From NCBI GenBank assembly GCA_011087645.1, contig JAALLF010000009.1, forward strand, positions 51,348 to 115,347: a stretch of DNA of 64,000 bases, in the 5' to 3' direction. The position numbers were made by a program, and so were the translations under genes. The stretch is from Alphaproteobacteria bacterium. Lineage in GTDB: Bacteria; Pseudomonadota; Alphaproteobacteria; UBA6615. Position 1 is the stretch's first letter. Each line of letters begins with the position of its first letter. Shown in pieces: positions 19,146 through 26,665 of the stretch. The notes beneath the pieces were generated by a model. It made no database searches, was not told the DNA's origin, and saw only the letters and a program-made list of their open reading frames with translations.

Positions 19146-21479
19146 ATGCGCGAGTATGGAATCGGCCAGTCGGTGCCACGGGTCGAAGACCGCCGGTTGC
19201 TGACCGGGTTGGGAAACTATACCGACGATCGCAAGGTCGCCGATCAGGCCCAAATGGCGGTCGTGCGATCGCCCCATGCCGCCGCCCGGGTGACCGCTAT
19301 CGACACCGCCGCCGCTGCTGAGATGCCGGGCGTCCTGGCTGTCTTAACGGGTGCGGATGCCGACGCCGACGGGCTGGGCGGTCTGTCGTGCAGCGTGAAA
19401 CGGCGCCAGCGCGACGGCCAGCCGATGGTCGAACCGCCCTACCCGATCCTGGCTCATGACGCGGTCAATATGGTCGGCGTCGCGGTCGCCATCGTGGTTG
19501 CCGAACGTCTCGACCAAGCCCTCGACGCCGCCGAGATGGTCGAGGTCGATTACGACGTTCTAGACGCGGCGACCGATACCGGCAGCGCCATGGAGGCCGG
19601 CACCCCGCAGGTCTGGAACGAGGTCGAAAACAACGAGAGCTTCTATTTCACCCTGGGCGACCAGACAGCCATAGAAGAGGCCTTCGGGTCGGCCGATCAT
19701 GTGGTCGAGTTGGGGTTCACCGTCACCCGGGTCTCGGCCAACCCGATGGAACCGCGCGGGATGATCGGCTTCTACGATCCCAGCGACCAGCGCTACACCT
19801 TATATGCCGGCATGCAGTCGCCGCACCGGGTGCGCAGCGAACTGGCGGCCAGCGTGTTGCGGGTGCCTGAGGCGCGGCTGCGGATTATCTCGCCCGATAT
19901 GGGCGGCGGCTTCGGCATGCGCGGCGCACCCTTCGCCGAGCATGCGCTGGTGCTGTGGGCCGCCCGGCGGCTGGGACGTCCGGTGCGCTATGTGGCGACC
20001 CGTTCCGAATCCTTGGCCACCGACTACCACGCTCGCGACAATGTCTCCTCGGCCGGGCTGGCGCTCGATAGCGACGGCAAGTTCCTCGGCTTGCGGGTCA
20101 GCACCAAGGCCAATCTCGGCGGCTATCTGAGTTTCGCCGGGCCCCATTCGCCGACCAATAATCTCGGCGGCCTGTCGGGGGTCTATACGACGCCGGCTAT
20201 TTTCGCCGAAGTGCGCGGCGCCTACACCCATACCAGCCCGACCACCGCCTATCGCGGCGCCGGCCGGCCTGAAGCCTCCTACGCAGTCGAACGCCTCATC
20301 GACACCGCGGCGCATGAGTTGGGTTTCGACCCGGTGGAGCTGCGCCGGCGCAACCTCATTCCAGCCAGCGCCCTGCCCTACGACACCGGCTTCGTCTTCA
20401 CCTATGACACCGGCGATTTCGAAGTGGTCTTGGACAAAGCCGTCGAGGTGGCTGATCGGGCCGGCTTCGCCGCGCGCCAGTTAGCGGCGCGCGACCAGGG
20501 AAAACTGCGCGGTCTGGGCATCGCCTGCGTCATCGAAATCGCCGGCGGTCCGCTGCCGGTCCCCAATGAGGAAAGCGCCGCCATTCGCTTCGAGGCCGAT
20601 GGCGGGGCCACTGTCGCGATGGGCACCCACTCCCACGGACAGGGACACGAGACCGCGTTTCGCCAAATCACCCAGGAACTGCTCGGCCTCGAATTCGACC
20701 AGATCTCCATTACCTATGGCGACACCGACGTGGTGCCCCACGGCAAGGGCACCTTCGGCTCGCGCTCGATCAGTGTTGGCGGCGCGGCGCTGCAGCGGGC
20801 GTCGGAAAAAATCATCGACAAGGCAACGCGGATCGCCGCGCACCTGCTCGAGACGGCCGAAGCCGATATCCGCTTCGACGACGGCCAGTTCATTGTCGAG
20901 GGCACCGACCGCTCGATCAGCCTGACCGACATCGCTAAGGCCGCCTATGCGCCGGCGCGCCTGCCCACCGGCATGGAAATCGGCCTGGCCGAGAGCGCCA
21001 TCGTGCTGCCGCCAGGGCCGACCTACCCCAATGGCTGCCATGTCTGCGAAGTCGAGATCGACCGCGACACCGGCGTTGTCGAGATCATCAATTACGTCGT
21101 CATCGACGATTGCGGGCGCATGCTCAACCCGTTGCTGGTCAAGGGTCAGGTCCATGGCGGCATCGCCCAGGGCGCCGGCCAAGCCCTGATGGAAGAAGTG
21201 GTTTATGACGGCGACAGCGGGCAGCTCCTCACCGGCTCTTTCATGGACTACACCATGCCGCGCGCCGACAATTTCCCCTCCTTCGAGGTGGTCGGCCATG
21301 AGGTGCCGTCGACCAACAATCCGTTTGGCTTCAAAGGCGCCGGCGAAGCCGGCACGGTGGGCGCCCTGCCGGCGGTGATGAACGCGGTGTGCGACGCGCT
21401 GCGCCCGCTCGGCGTACGCCACCTGGATATGCCGGCGACGTCGCAGCGAATCTGGCAGGCGATCCAGAACGCAGAATAA
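19146..21479 (+). CDS. xanthine dehydrogenase family molybdopterin-binding subunit (form-II CoxL-like)
   Basis: N-terminal GQSVPRVEDRRLLTG. The active-site loop reads AYRGAGR, the form-II/BMS-type motif, not the AYxCSFR of true CO dehydrogenase. Confidence 0.85.
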   Translation: MREYGIGQSVPRVEDRRLLTGLGNYTDDRKVADQAQMAVVRSPHAAARVTAIDTAAAAEMPGVLAVLTGADADADGLGGLSCSVKRRQRDGQPMVEPPYPILAHDAVNMVGVAVAIVVAERLDQALDAAEMVEVDYDVLDAATDTGSAMEAGTPQVWNEVENNESFYFTLGDQTAIEEAFGSADHVVELGFTVTRVSANPMEPRGMIGFYDPSDQRYTLYAGMQSPHRVRSELAASVLRVPEARLRIISPDMGGGFGMRGAPFAEHALVLWAARRLGRPVRYVATRSESLATDYHARDNVSSAGLALDSDGKFLGLRVSTKANLGGYLSFAGPHSPTNNLGGLSGVYTTPAIFAEVRGAYTHTSPTTAYRGAGRPEASYAVERLIDTAAHELGFDPVELRRRNLIPASALPYDTGFVFTYDTGDFEVVLDKAVEVADRAGFAARQLAARDQGKLRGLGIACVIEIAGGPLPVPNEESAAIRFEADGGATVAMGTHSHGQGHETAFRQITQELLGLEFDQISITYGDTDVVPHGKGTFGSRSISVGGAALQRASEKIIDKATRIAAHLLETAEADIRFDDGQFIVEGTDRSISLTDIAKAAYAPARLPTGMEIGLAESAIVLPPGPTYPNGCHVCEVEIDRDTGVVEIINYVVIDDCGRMLNPLLVKGQVHGGIAQGAGQALMEEVVYDGDSGQLLTGSFMDYTMPRADNFPSFEVVGHEVPSTNNPFGFKGAGEAGTVGALPAVMNAVCDALRPLGVRHLDMPATSQRIWQAIQNAE

Positions 21480-21638
21480 CCTCCCTTATTAGGTGTAGAT
21501 TCTCACTCCTATTTCACGAAGGCGTGTAGTCGGCTCTGACGAATTGACTGCGCTAACCATTCCTCTCATGATTTGGAGCGTGTGTTCCAATTTATTTTGT
21601 TGCACACGCTTCAGAAATATATTGGGGAGGAATCAGTT

Positions 21639-23087
21639 GTGAGCAAAGTTGGGAAAAAATCTGAGAAGTCTGTTGTCGAAACCAAGGAAGAACAGGTAAC
21701 GACCGGCATGGATCGCCGTGGTTTCTTGGGAGCCGCCGGTCTAGGCGCGGCAGGCGTCGCCACCGCATCGGCGACCGGACTATTGTCCAAAGGCGCGTCC
21801 GCGGCAATTTCAGCGCCCGACACTGGTATTACGCCAGGCGCTGAATCTGTGGCGCGCATGGCGCCCTATACGGATTCATGGAACCGCATCGCCGCCCGCC
21901 CCTTCGGCGGCTTCAACTTCGCACTGGGTTACATCGGTGAAGGCGTCGACATGATGGACCCGAAGCAGGACAAGCCAAACCCGTCCGGCCTGTTCGAAAG
22001 CGCCAACCCGGCCATTGTCTCTGGCGTCGGCGACAACGAGACCGACGACCGGTCGGCCGAATATTGGTATCGCGGCATTTTGAATTGGTCGAACGAGACC
22101 ATCGCCAACGATTTCTGGTCAGCGATCAACTATATGCGCCGCATGTGGGCACTCGACCTCGATGATCCGGAAACCGATGGCATTCAGCTCGGCGACGGTT
22201 CGCGTTATCGCTATCCCGGCAGTCCCAATCCGAACGACGAAATCAGCTTGTGGTCGCCGCGCATCGCGCGCGACGGCAAGGGTGGCTATGTGCGCATGGC
22301 GCCGACATTGCTCGCCCCCTCGGTTGGCTACACTGTCGTTTTCCGAGCCGGCCGCGACCATCCCAACTATACCGGCGGCACCACGGCGCGGTCGCCGGAA
22401 GATCCCGGTAAAGTTCGTGACGGCGGCATCTGGGGCGGCACTATTGCCGATATGGATGTGCTGAAGATCATGCAAGATGTCGAAGCCGGCAATCGGACTT
22501 ACACAACGCCGGGCGGCAATAAGAGCGATTCAGCTTTGTGGGGTCAGTTCTGGAGGCGGGTCGCACCGCTTGAAAATGTCAACATCTCGCAGATCAATCC
22601 GGACACCGCGTTTGCCGACCGGCCGGCGCCGCGCAGCAACTGGCCAATCGGCTATCTGCCGAGCGGCACGGACTATTTCTGGGGCAACTACGATCTGAAA
22701 TTCGGCGAAGATGAACCGACGGTCGTGCTGCACTATGAATCGCAGATCCCCACCCGGTTCCGCGACTTTGATGGCGTTCCGGAAGCCTTCATCTGCGAAC
22801 TCACCGCGCATCCCGGCGGCACCGATATGCCGGCGGATCAGGTCGCCCGCGGGTTCAAGGATACCGACGGCAGCCTCTCCGGATTTGCCGACCTGAACGA
22901 TCCGAACTTGAACGGTCAAAACCAGTTCGGTCATGGCCGGGTACACGGCACGTCCTACCCGCGCGGTGTCGATGCGCAGGGCCGGACGACCTTCCACTTG
23001 CGTAACTGGTTGTTGTTCCCGCCGCGCCTCAATGCGGTGAACTCGATCAACGACACGGTGCCGGGCAAGGGTATCCTCAGCGCCTAG
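21639..23087 (+). CDS. Tat-signal-bearing secreted protein of unrecognised family
   Basis: Twin-arginine signal MDRRGFLGAAGLGAAGVATASA. Candidate starts are GTG 21639 behind GGGGAGG, or ATG 21708. The roughly 450-aa mature part is W/Y/G/D/N/P-rich with a single Cys. Confidence 0.7.
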   Translation: MSKVGKKSEKSVVETKEEQVTTGMDRRGFLGAAGLGAAGVATASATGLLSKGASAAISAPDTGITPGAESVARMAPYTDSWNRIAARPFGGFNFALGYIGEGVDMMDPKQDKPNPSGLFESANPAIVSGVGDNETDDRSAEYWYRGILNWSNETIANDFWSAINYMRRMWALDLDDPETDGIQLGDGSRYRYPGSPNPNDEISLWSPRIARDGKGGYVRMAPTLLAPSVGYTVVFRAGRDHPNYTGGTTARSPEDPGKVRDGGIWGGTIADMDVLKIMQDVEAGNRTYTTPGGNKSDSALWGQFWRRVAPLENVNISQINPDTAFADRPAPRSNWPIGYLPSGTDYFWGNYDLKFGEDEPTVVLHYESQIPTRFRDFDGVPEAFICELTAHPGGTDMPADQVARGFKDTDGSLSGFADLNDPNLNGQNQFGHGRVHGTSYPRGVDAQGRTTFHLRNWLLFPPRLNAVNSINDTVPGKGILSA

Positions 23088-23150
23088 CCAAATTGATCAA
23101 GCGCTACAGTTACCAGCCTCCCAGCCCTTGCCCAGGGCAAGGCGCCAACC

Positions 23151-23197
23151 CTCTCTCCCCATCCGCGGTATGGGGTGGGGAGAGAGTGGGAGGTTTT
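23151..23197 (+). terminator. stem-loop plus T-run after the Tat-protein gene (also a REP-like palindrome)
   Basis: CTCTCTCCCC (23151-23160) pairs with GGGGAGAGAG (23177-23186), followed by AGGTTTTG. A second hairpin, CCTTGCCC/GGGCAAGG, lies at 23126-23142. Confidence 0.45.
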
Positions 23198-23291
23198 GCC
23201 AACGAACTTAACTTTTATGGCGCGGCCGTCCATGGAATGGTTACGCCGCAGCGCCATGCCGCTGCCAAACAGGTCGAGAGAGGCAATCGTT

Positions 23292-23459
23292 ATGTCAAAA
23301 GGTCCGAGCGAAGTCATCGAGCATTTGGACGCCGCCGTCGCGGCGGCGGAACACGCCGAAATGAGCGCCAGCGAAATCATGGGCATGCTGTTTTATTACG
23401 CCCACAATATTGCCCAGCGGGCCCGCGAGACGGCGCTGGAAAATCAGGAGGACAGCTAA
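23292..23459 (+). CDS. small hypothetical protein (55 aa)
   Basis: MSKGPSEVIEHLDAAVAAAEHAEMSASEIMGMLFYYAHNIAQRARETALENQEDS, behind GAGAGAGG. Helical, with no recognisable family. Confidence 0.4.
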   Translation: MSKGPSEVIEHLDAAVAAAEHAEMSASEIMGMLFYYAHNIAQRARETALENQEDS

Positions 23460-23558
23460 CCGGCGCTACTCAAGACGCGCCGTCAGCATGTTTTCGATTT
23501 TGGAACGCTTGCTTCAAATAATAACACAGCATATGCTCCATAATTATCAAATGGTTAT

Positions 23559-23586
23559 GGCCCCGCCCGTGGGGCCGTGTTTATTT
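23559..23586 (+). terminator. hairpin plus T-rich tail immediately upstream of the TetR start
   Basis: GGCCCC gcccgt GGGGCC followed by GTGTTTATTT. It is preceded by an AT-rich stretch containing the perfect palindrome AGCATATGCT (23528-23537). Confidence 0.35.
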
Positions 23587-23599
23587 CGAGATGGTGGTT

Positions 23600-24247
23600 A
23601 TGGCACTAGGAACTGAAACGCGCACAAAGATACCGGCGAGCCAACGGGCGCCGGGGCGTCCTCGTGGCTTCGAAGCGGATGCGGTATTGGACGCGGCGCT
23701 GGAGTTGTTTTGGAAACACGGCTATCGCACGACAACAACCCGCGATTTAGAATCCGCCCTCGGCCTATCTCAGTCGAGCCTCTACAACACCTTTGGGTCG
23801 AAGAAGGATCTGCTGGAAGCCGCCCTGGATCGCTACGAGGCGATGACCGACCGCGAACTGTTACGGCCGATGGAACAATCGAGCGCCGGCCTGGCGGCCA
23901 TCGACACCTTCTTTGTCGATCTGGGTCATTGGGTGACCCATGAGGGCCGGCGCGGTTGCATGCTGATCAATATGATGGCCGAAGATGGCGGTGAGACCGA
24001 CGCCATTACAATTCGCGCCCGCATCTACCGCACCCGCGTTCGCGATGCGCTGCGCGCCAGCGTTGCCCGCGCCATCGCCGAGGGCGAGACGCGCGACATC
24101 GACGCCGATGATTGCGCGGATTTGCTGCTCGGGTTGGTGTTGGGGCTGAACATCGCCGCGCGCGGCGGCGCGTCGGATACCGAACTGGCCACGTTGATGG
24201 ACGCCATTCACGCCCAGGTCAGCGGTTGGCGCGTCGCGCCGAGCTAA
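23600..24247 (+). CDS. TetR/AcrR family transcriptional regulator
   Basis: N-terminal HTH region LDAALELFWKHGYRTTTTRDLESALGLSQSSLYNTFGSKKDL. Confidence 0.85.
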   Translation: MALGTETRTKIPASQRAPGRPRGFEADAVLDAALELFWKHGYRTTTTRDLESALGLSQSSLYNTFGSKKDLLEAALDRYEAMTDRELLRPMEQSSAGLAAIDTFFVDLGHWVTHEGRRGCMLINMMAEDGGETDAITIRARIYRTRVRDALRASVARAIAEGETRDIDADDCADLLLGLVLGLNIAARGGASDTELATLMDAIHAQVSGWRVAPS

Positions 24248-24265
24248 TTGCCTTTACAGGTTTGA

Positions 24266-24496
24266 CTATTGCGCCTGAAACCGCAGGCGCAAATCTTCGT
24301 AACCGCCAATATGCTCACCGTCGATGAATATCTGCGGCACCGCCTTGGCGCGCGGCAGACGCTCTTGGAAATCCGCCAGGATCGCCGGGTCCGACATCAC
24401 GTCGAGGTTGGTGTAGGCCAGCCCCTTCTCGTCCAGAAGCTTTTTGGCGGCGTCGCAATAACTGCATTGCGGCGTTGAAAAAATTTCGATTTTCAT
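24266..24496 (-). CDS. glutaredoxin
   Basis: 76 aa with a CSYC active site in IEIFSTPQCSYCDAAKKLL, and C-terminal VPQIFIDGEHIGGYEDL. Confidence 0.85.
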   Translation of the reverse strand: MKIEIFSTPQCSYCDAAKKLLDEKGLAYTNLDVMSDPAILADFQERLPRAKAVPQIFIDGEHIGGYEDLRLRFQAQ

Positions 24497-24559
24497 GGGT
24501 CTCCTCGCGCGCGGATGGGGAGGCTGGCCTGGCCAACCTCCCCTACCCTGATATGTCGG

Positions 24560-25141
24560 TTAGCCGGGATGGTTGATTGTGAGCATTGGCTTCACGCCGT
24601 CGAACATCGGCTCGAGCGCAACGCCAAGCGCATCGCCGAATTTGGAAACGGCGATGTACTGGGTAATGACAAAGGCCGCGTCGACGATCTGCGGCTCGGT
24701 CCAATTGGCGTGCAGGCGATCCCACAGCTCCTTCGGCACCCGGTTGGCGTCCTCGCCGATCTGTATGCAGAAATCGAGCAACGCCACTTCACCCTCGGTA
24801 AAGTGCGGGCTGGTGCGATACTTGACGCCATCGATATCGCGGATCTTCTCCTCTGTCATGCCAAGCATATCGCACAGACGTTCGTGCTGGATAACGCAAT
24901 ACTGACAGTCGTTACCCTGAGTGGCTTTAAGGATCAGCAATTCCTTGGTCAGCCAGTCGAGCTCACCGTCTTTCAAAATCGCCATAATCATTTCGGTGAA
25001 GGCGTTGCCGTACTCGGGCTGATGGCCAAACACTTTGAATATGTTCAGCAGGGCCTGAAAACGATCCTCCGCTTTGTCGTAGAATTCCAAGGTTGCCGGA
25101 TTGGCGGTTTCACGTTCGACGTATGAGACACTCATCTTCAT
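24560..25141 (-). CDS. carboxymuconolactone decarboxylase/AhpD-like family protein (CxxC)
   Basis: LILKATQGNDCQYCVIQHERL is the AhpD-type CxxC-H motif. 193 aa. Confidence 0.75.
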   Translation of the reverse strand: MKMSVSYVERETANPATLEFYDKAEDRFQALLNIFKVFGHQPEYGNAFTEMIMAILKDGELDWLTKELLILKATQGNDCQYCVIQHERLCDMLGMTEEKIRDIDGVKYRTSPHFTEGEVALLDFCIQIGEDANRVPKELWDRLHANWTEPQIVDAAFVITQYIAVSKFGDALGVALEPMFDGVKPMLTINHPG

Positions 25142-25187
25142 TTCTCCCTGTTTTGACTGTTCGTTCCAAACTCACTAAAAAAAATTT

Positions 25188-25769
25188 CTAACGCAACAAT
25201 GCCGCCGCTTGGGCCGCGACCGACCGCAGCAACGGTTCTTCCGGGCGCGAACGCGACAACACCCGCAACCCGATAAATAGCCCCAACAAACCCCGCGCCG
25301 TATCGACCGGATCCACATGGGCCGGAATCTCGTCGGCGTCCTGCCCTTGGTCGATCATGTCGCGAAAAAAACTCTCCATTTCGGCCAAGCCATGATCGAC
25401 AATTTCTGAAATTTCCGCATCGTGCGGCGACAATTCGAGCGCGGTATTCACCAGCAGGCAGCCATCGCTCGAACCGGCATCGACGACTGCCGAGATCACT
25501 TGATCGAAGGCGGTCTCGATGGCCGCGCGCGGGCTGTTCGCGGCAATAACGGCGGCAATCCAGTCCTCCCGATAAACCGAGTCATAGCGGCGCAACGCCT
25601 CGATAAACAGACTGCGCTTGTCGCCGAAAGTGGCGTACAGGCTGCCCCGGTTGATGCCCATGCACTCGACGAGGTCCTGCATCGACGTGGCGTCGTAGCC
25701 TTGCGCCCAAAAGGCGCCCATCGCCTTCGACAAGGCCGCGTCGTGATCGAACTGTTTTTCCCAGGGCAT
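25188..25769 (-). CDS. TetR/AcrR family transcriptional regulator
   Basis: HTH region AMGAFWAQGYDATSMQDLVECMGINRGSLYATFGDKRSLF. Confidence 0.85.
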   Translation of the reverse strand: MPWEKQFDHDAALSKAMGAFWAQGYDATSMQDLVECMGINRGSLYATFGDKRSLFIEALRRYDSVYREDWIAAVIAANSPRAAIETAFDQVISAVVDAGSSDGCLLVNTALELSPHDAEISEIVDHGLAEMESFFRDMIDQGQDADEIPAHVDPVDTARGLLGLFIGLRVLSRSRPEEPLLRSVAAQAAALLR

Positions 25770-25798
25770 CGTTACCTCGTTTTCGGCATCATTTTACT

Positions 25799-25813
25799 GA
25801 TCGTGGAACGATC
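25799..25813. promoter_or_regulatory. palindrome upstream of the TetR gene (candidate autoregulatory operator)
   Basis: GATCG-TGGAA-CGATC, 30-45 nt 5' of the ATG at 25769. Confidence 0.3.
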
Positions 25814-25852
25814 GGTCAAAACTCTGGCGCTCACATAAACGCGATTTCCGGG

Positions 25853-25880
25853 AAAAAAGAACCCGGCCGAAGCCGGGTTC
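25853..25880 (-). terminator. rho-independent terminator of the UGA-containing redoxin gene
   Basis: On the minus strand, GAACCCGGC-uucg-GCCGGGUUC (25859-25880) is followed by a U6 run (plus-strand A-run 25853-25858). It lies 29 nt after the TAA. Confidence 0.8.
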
Positions 25881-25908
25881 TCATCTGCATAGATAACGCC
25901 TGCGAGCG

Positions 25909-26388
25909 TTATTTATTTTTCTGCGATTCGTAGAAATTCACCATCTTAACCACATCGGACGCATCGAGCCGGCCAAGCGGGCCGTCGCTGTAGCATGAAT
26001 TCATGATGGTATTGGTTTCCGCATTGATCAGGTAGGCCGTCGGCTGAATGATTTGCCGGCGTTCTTCCCACCAGGATCCCAATAGATCAGCGGTCGCTTT
26101 GGTAAGCCCATAGCCGATCGGGAAGTTGACCGTATCGGCGATTTCTTGCGCCTTATCGAGCGGATCGACGCTGGAAGCGACAACCTTGACGCCTATCTCG
26201 TCAAATTGGTCTTTGTGTTCTGCGAAGCCGGCTAACTGACGGCGACAATAGGGTCACCAGTGACCCCGGTAAAACAGGACGACCCGGTAACTAGAATCCA
26301 GGCCCTCCGGCAGGTCGAGCGTGCCGCCGCCGACGAGATCAACTGTCACGGTCGGCAGGGTATCGCCTATGCCAAATCTGTCAGACAT
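25909..26388 (-). CDS. peroxiredoxin-like (AhpC/TSA-redoxin fold) protein with in-frame UGA at the CxxC position; probable selenoprotein (UxxC)
   Basis: Hand translation gives ATG 26388 (AAAGGGG upstream), 44 codons, TGA at 26254-26256, then 114 more sense codons to TAA 25909-25911. The motif reads VVLFYRGHW-[TGA]-PYCRRQLAGF. The six-frame track lacks it because the TGA splits it. Confidence 0.7.
26220..26248 (-). promoter_or_regulatory. candidate SECIS-like hairpin 8 nt downstream of the UGA
   Basis: Minus-strand RNA UUGU-C-GCCG-[UCAGUUAGC]-CGGC-UUC-GCAG. The upper stem is 4 GC pairs, the lower stem 4 pairs (2 wobble), and the 9-nt loop contains GU. It is a modest structure folded by eye only. 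Confidence 0.3.
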
Positions 26389-26525
26389 GTATGCCCCTTT
26401 GTCTAAACAATGCTGCGGCGGGTTCGCAAAAGCCGGTGCCGCGATCCACCACCATCATGCAACGAAGCCTAGCGTCGGTGCAACGCTCCTATTTCGGCGA
26501 AGGTAATCGCATGTGACAGCCTCGC

Positions 26526-26638
26526 CCTTCGAGACGCCGCCCTTTGGGCGGCTCCTCAGGATGAGGCTTTGTGCATATCTAACAGAATTCCTCATCCTGA
26601 GGGCTCGCGCAGCGAGTGTCTCGAAGGACGAGGAATTC
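26526..26638. repeat. nested inverted-repeat element (MITE/REP-like)
   Basis: Outer inverted repeat: CCTTCGAGAC (26526-26535) / GTCTCGAAGG (26618-26627). Inner inverted repeat: CCTCAGGATGAGG (26554-26566) / CCTCATCCTGAGG (26590-26602). There are also arm-internal hairpins GCCGCCC-ttt-GGGCGGC and GAATTCCTC...GAGGAATTC. Confidence 0.7.
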
Positions 26639-26665
26639 CACCACGCGCCTCATGCGATAGCCCCC

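Noticed and set aside
20481-21422. 313-aa minus-strand ORF inside the CoxL-like gene
   Set aside because: It is a shadow ORF with no motifs. The plus-strand frame carries the AYRGAGR active-site loop.
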